Source: Hydrurus foetidus
Lineage: Eukaryota
Direction: 5' to 3'
DNA: 38,938 nucleotides
Assembly (NCBI GenBank): GCA_900617105.1
Contig: UYFQ01000380.1
Span: forward strand, 1 to 38,938
The notes under the pieces were generated by a model, which worked only from the letters and a program-made list of their open reading frames with translations, had not been told where the DNA came from and did not search any database. The position numbers were made by a program, and so were the translations under genes. Every line of letters begins with the position of its first letter. The first letter of the stretch is position 1. This document shows positions 34,778 to 38,938 of the stretch, piece after piece.

Positions 34778-37700
34778 TTACTTCTCTGTCGGAATTATTT
34801 TCGACATGCCGCGAAGGCGTAAATATGTGTGAAGAGCGTCTGTAAGACGAAGATTCTTCCACGACTCCCACGTATTGTGTGAGTCATCAAAGTCAGTCCA
34901 TTTGACTAAAAACCGCATTTGGGTTTTGCGTCTGGAATTGCCTCGATGTTGAAGAATGGAATCAATAAAGAATTCCATATAATCGCGGCGTGCTACATCA
35001 GTAGGATCCGTATGTTTCGGGTTGAAAACAAATTGTTTCAGATTACTAATATGAAGATGTTTATGTTTCTTCGTAGTTATATCTAACAACGTATAATCAG
35101 AGTTGTGAATCGATATCACTTGGAACGGTCCCCGCCACAACGTATGTAAACGTGTGGGCGGTTGTGTGGTGTATCTAGCCAACACATATGAACCGACGGG
35201 AAAAACCGTTATGTCCTGTGGACTTGTGGCAACATGAGCCGCGTCCATTGTGCGCAAAGCAGTTTGTGCTTGGGCAATCAGGGTGTCCTGGATGTAATAC
35301 ATCTCACAGACCACTTTAGATGCGGAAGTTTCCACTTCCGGTAATTATGGGAATGGCGACAGTATTCCAGAATCAAGATTGATTTGGTTACCAAACAATA
35401 AACTTGCTGGGGAAGCATTGGTACTGCTGTGAATTGACGAATTCAAAATGCGCTGTATAAACGGTAAGCAGTTTTTGTACTGGTACACGTCGTTTGTATC
35501 ATACAGGAACGAACGTAAGTACCGGTTAATTTCTTTATTAACTCGTTCAACTATTGCATTCTCTTGTTTAGAGTATGCTAGTGTCAGGTTGTGGGGTGTA
35601 CCCGTTGACACTAGGAATTGTTTGATCAATTCGTTAGCAAAATGTGAACCCCGATCAGATCTGATCATTTGGGGTGCACCGTATCTTCCAAAGTGTTGGA
35701 GAAGGCAATCGGTAGCCGATTTGGCCGTATTATCAGCACACCAAAATAGTTCTGTCCATCGTGTAAAAGCACAGATGATGACAAGAACGTGTGAGGCATC
35801 GGGGAAGGGTCCGATGAAATCGATGTTCAATACATGGAAAGGTTTGTACGCAGAAGTAACGTACTTGTGTACACGTATCGGTACGCGTGTAGCGTTCATC
35901 TTCTGGCAGCACGCACATTGTTGTATAAACAAGTGGGTGTGCTGGACCATGTGTTCCCACTGAATAGGTAAGCGTATAAGCTTTTCGACGGTGCGTTTAA
36001 CGCCCCCGTGTCCAACAAACTTGTTGTGGCACATGTTGAGTGCGTCACGCTGCGTATCAGTCATTTCTGGTATGACCTTGAGGGCGCCGCAAAACGGGCC
36101 CGGCAAGTTATCTGGTTCTGTGCCAGTGGTGGCTGGGTGAACCTTGATGACAAGGTCGGAGAGATTAGCACAGAGGCGAGACATAGCGTCCGCGACCGTG
36201 TTCTCAGACCCTCGCACGTATGCGATAGTGTAATCCAGCTCTTGTAGAGCCATGGACCATCTCCCTACCATCGAGTTAGGGGAGGATTTCATGTACGTCA
36301 GATTTTTATGATCTGTGTGAATCGTAAATTTGCGATCACGTAATAGTGGATCAAGTTTGGTACAACACAAGTAGATAGCATAAGCTTCTTTCTGGATTGT
36401 TGACCAGTTCAACTGTGAGAAGGTGAGTGACTTACTCACAAATGAAATGGGTTTCATTTCATCTCCAACCTTTTGGAACAATACACCGCCTACACCATAA
36501 TCAGATGCGTCGGTGTATAAATGTATTGGTGATACATTATCAATGAAGTGCATCAGGGGGCATTGAGAGATTGCCTGCCTAATGTCTTGAAACGCTTTAA
36601 TGGTTTCAGCATTCCAAGTTACTCTGGAATGTTTATGAGTTGTAGACACCGTCATTTTATGTAACGGTGCTACTATGTTGGAGTGGTTTGGTACGAAACC
36701 TCTAAAATAGTTCGCCAAACCGAGAAATCCCCTAAGGGCAGTAACGGTTTTAGGGCGAGGAAAATCTAAAACAGATTTTATTTTCTCAGCCGACATAGAT
36801 AACCCCTCTTTGGAGATCACACGTCCGACGTATTCGAGGCGTGTAACTCCGAACTTACATTTCTTAGCTTTCAAGAATAAATTCTTTTCTCGAAAACGGA
36901 TGAAGACATCACGAAGTCTCTGCAGAAACTCGTCAGGCCCATTACCAAATACAATGCAATCATCGAGATACATCTCACATGTTACATATAAAAGGCCCGC
37001 AAGGACAACCGTGGCCATCATCTCCTGGAAGTATGATGGGGCACGTTTGAGGCCGAAAGGCAATCGAGTGAATTGATAAATTCCAGAGAAGCATATGAAT
37101 GCAGTCAGGATTTTGGCTGATGCCGTAAGGGGTGCTTGATGGTAGCCGGACGTTAAGTCCATAACCCAAAGATGTCAGGTTGACGAGCGCCAATGCGTTC
37201 AAACATTGCTGGAATGTTGGGGAGTGGCCAACTGGCCGACTCCGTACAGTTATTAAGTGGCCGGAAGTCAATACATACACGGTATTGTCCGGGTGACTTC
37301 TGTACTACTACAGGGTGACTGTAGTATACCGCATTAGACTTCTCAACCACCCCGATCCGTATCAGATCCTGAAGGTTATTGTGAATCGCCTCCTCCTTCT
37401 GTGAGGATTGTGGGCGGAGCGGGGTCCTGTTACCAGGTACTTCCCATTGTGCCGCCTTATGATCAATATCAAAAGGAGGTATACGGGCCGGTTCACGGGC
37501 CACCTCATCTTGAAAGATGTCAATAAATTCGGTACATAATGCTCTGCATGCTGTTTGCAGAGCGTCCGACCCACCAAAGGTGATTGTCGAGATGACGTCG
37601 TTCGCCCTACCTGTTGGGGTAGGGTCTTTCATCAATGCAGAAAGAAACGGACCGAACGCATCTGTTTTGTCATCATCAATCTCATCTCCATTGAGATTGA

Positions 37701-38868
37701 TTCCGCACGGCAACACGCTCGCGGCGTTAAGTGTTACTGTGTTCACTCTCGTCCCGGTCTCAGAAGGGGGGCGGTTAAGACCACTGCCCGTCCATAGCGC
37801 AGATGGACCCCACTCTTCTCCCACTGTTGGAATACGGTGGGTGCTCGAGTGACCTTCGTCTCCATTGTCAGCAGTGTCGGTAATTTGGCGACACTGTGTA
37901 CAAGGACTACGCGATCCGACAGCGTCACTATGATGACAACAGACGTCGGTATGTGGATCTGTACCGATGTCGGACTCTGCCCTTAAGGGAAGTAGACCGA
38001 TGTCATCTGGGCTGGGTGACGTTTCGATTAATGTAGGGTCAAAGCCCATACGTTTCGGCGTCAGCACAAACAAGTTGTGTTGATTTAGGGACTTGCGTCC
38101 GATGATCAGATCCAATTGTGCAAAAGGATTAACACTAAAAGTGATATAGATAGTGTGCTTAATATTACTATCATCGAAAAAAGTAAGGCCTAAATCGACT
38201 AAGGTATTACACCTATAACAAGTGCCATCAAGACCGCTACAAACATTAAGTGCGGTTGAAGACACATAACAATGAGCAAGTGCATCAAGTGAGACAAGCA
38301 GTGATTTGGAAACAAAATCGCCGGCCATGCTACCCGTGTCTAGGAGCGCGTGCGCTGTAAGACTAAGTCCCGTGGACTGGGGTGCTGACGCGGCTGTGGT
38401 GGGGGCGTGTCCCTGCAAGGTTCTTCGTTCATCCTTGAACACCAATAATGAAAGAAGTTCATTAGGATTTGTTGAGTGTACCGCTGCTACAAGTGAGTCA
38501 GACGGTAACGTACCTATGAGCGGTATTTCCGACATGTCGGTCTGGTTATGGCATTCCGCCAGCACCTCCGAGATTAGAGGCAGGGAGGTATGGAGTGGCT
38601 GTAACACGTGAAGACATGTGGGAAGAACATTGTTAGTGTTATCCGATACTGTATTGGAGGGGGTTGAGACCTCCAATGTATTAGTTACAAGTATATCAGA
38701 GTTGAGTATACATAAAGGTGGTGGTGTATCGGTAGGGTTACGTGTGCTAGCAGCATGTATCGCCACTACCAATGACTCCACCACCGTGACGTGAGGTAAC
38801 GTACCATCATATGCGGCTGCGGGCGGTGGACCACTGTGGGCTGCGTTGATGGAGTTGTTGTTGGCCAA
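34778..38868 (-). pseudogene. pol polyprotein (aspartic protease, RT, RNase H, integrase, chromodomain) disrupted by a 1-bp frameshift (~37165) and an in-frame TAA (35345-35347)
   Basis: Motifs LLDTGS (protease), CIDFRPLN / MDLTSGYHQ / YLDD (RT), TDASDYG...TDHKNL (RNase H), H..H..CACC with IDFIGP / SDRGSHF / VERVN (integrase), WRGPF (GPY/F) and FLVKWTDFDDSHNTWE (chromodomain). ORFs 35345-37162 and 34778-35335 are in the same frame, separated by one stop. Confidence 0.92.
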
Positions 38869-38938
38869 CGTGGTGTTTTGTCCACCAGAACCGTATCGCG
38901 GTTTGTTGGTGGACCTCGATTATAGTTCCCCATGATAG

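Larger units (their letters stand above)
34051..38938 (-). mobile_element. Ty3/Gypsy LTR retrotransposon with chromodomain integrase (chromovirus-like), 5' part outside window
   Basis: Domain order PR-RT-RH-IN-chromodomain, followed by PPT and LTR. Confidence 0.95.

Noticed and set aside
37153..37170. Programmed ribosomal frameshift in pol
   Set aside because: It falls inside the RT domain rather than at the gag-pol junction and is explained by a single-base loss in a G run.
35448..38611. Plus-strand and alternative-frame ORFs within the Gypsy element; similar shadow ORFs over the transposase, accessory and anoctamin genes
   Set aside because: They are antisense or overlapping shadows of real coding sequence with no motifs.

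Overview
Eukaryotic genomic DNA with short GT-AG introns; the host gene style suggests a protist such as a stramenopile, which is an inference. The first 25.7 kb are two nested, diverged members of an unusual P-superfamily DNA transposon family. Both have the layout: large internal tandem array, then an intron-containing P-type DDE transposase (+), then a convergent ~490-510 aa accessory gene with a C-terminal C2HC zinc-finger-like motif (-), then a CAAGGGG-type terminal inverted repeat (TIR). Element 2 (15542-25678, ~13 x 334-bp array) is complete, with ~61-bp TIRs and a 7-bp GTGGAAG target-site duplication (TSD). It sits 30 bp inside the right terminus of element 1 (<1-25715, at least ~61 x 183/184-bp array; left end outside the window). 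The two arrays are unrelated in sequence but occupy the same position. Downstream are a multi-exon anoctamin/TMEM16 gene with a degenerate Ca2+ site (25991-30829), a possible unknown minus-strand gene, a perfectly palindromic PIF/Harbinger-type MITE (32370-32589), a third TIR of the same P-like family (32770), and a defective chromodomain-bearing Ty3/Gypsy retrotransposon on the minus strand running off the window end.
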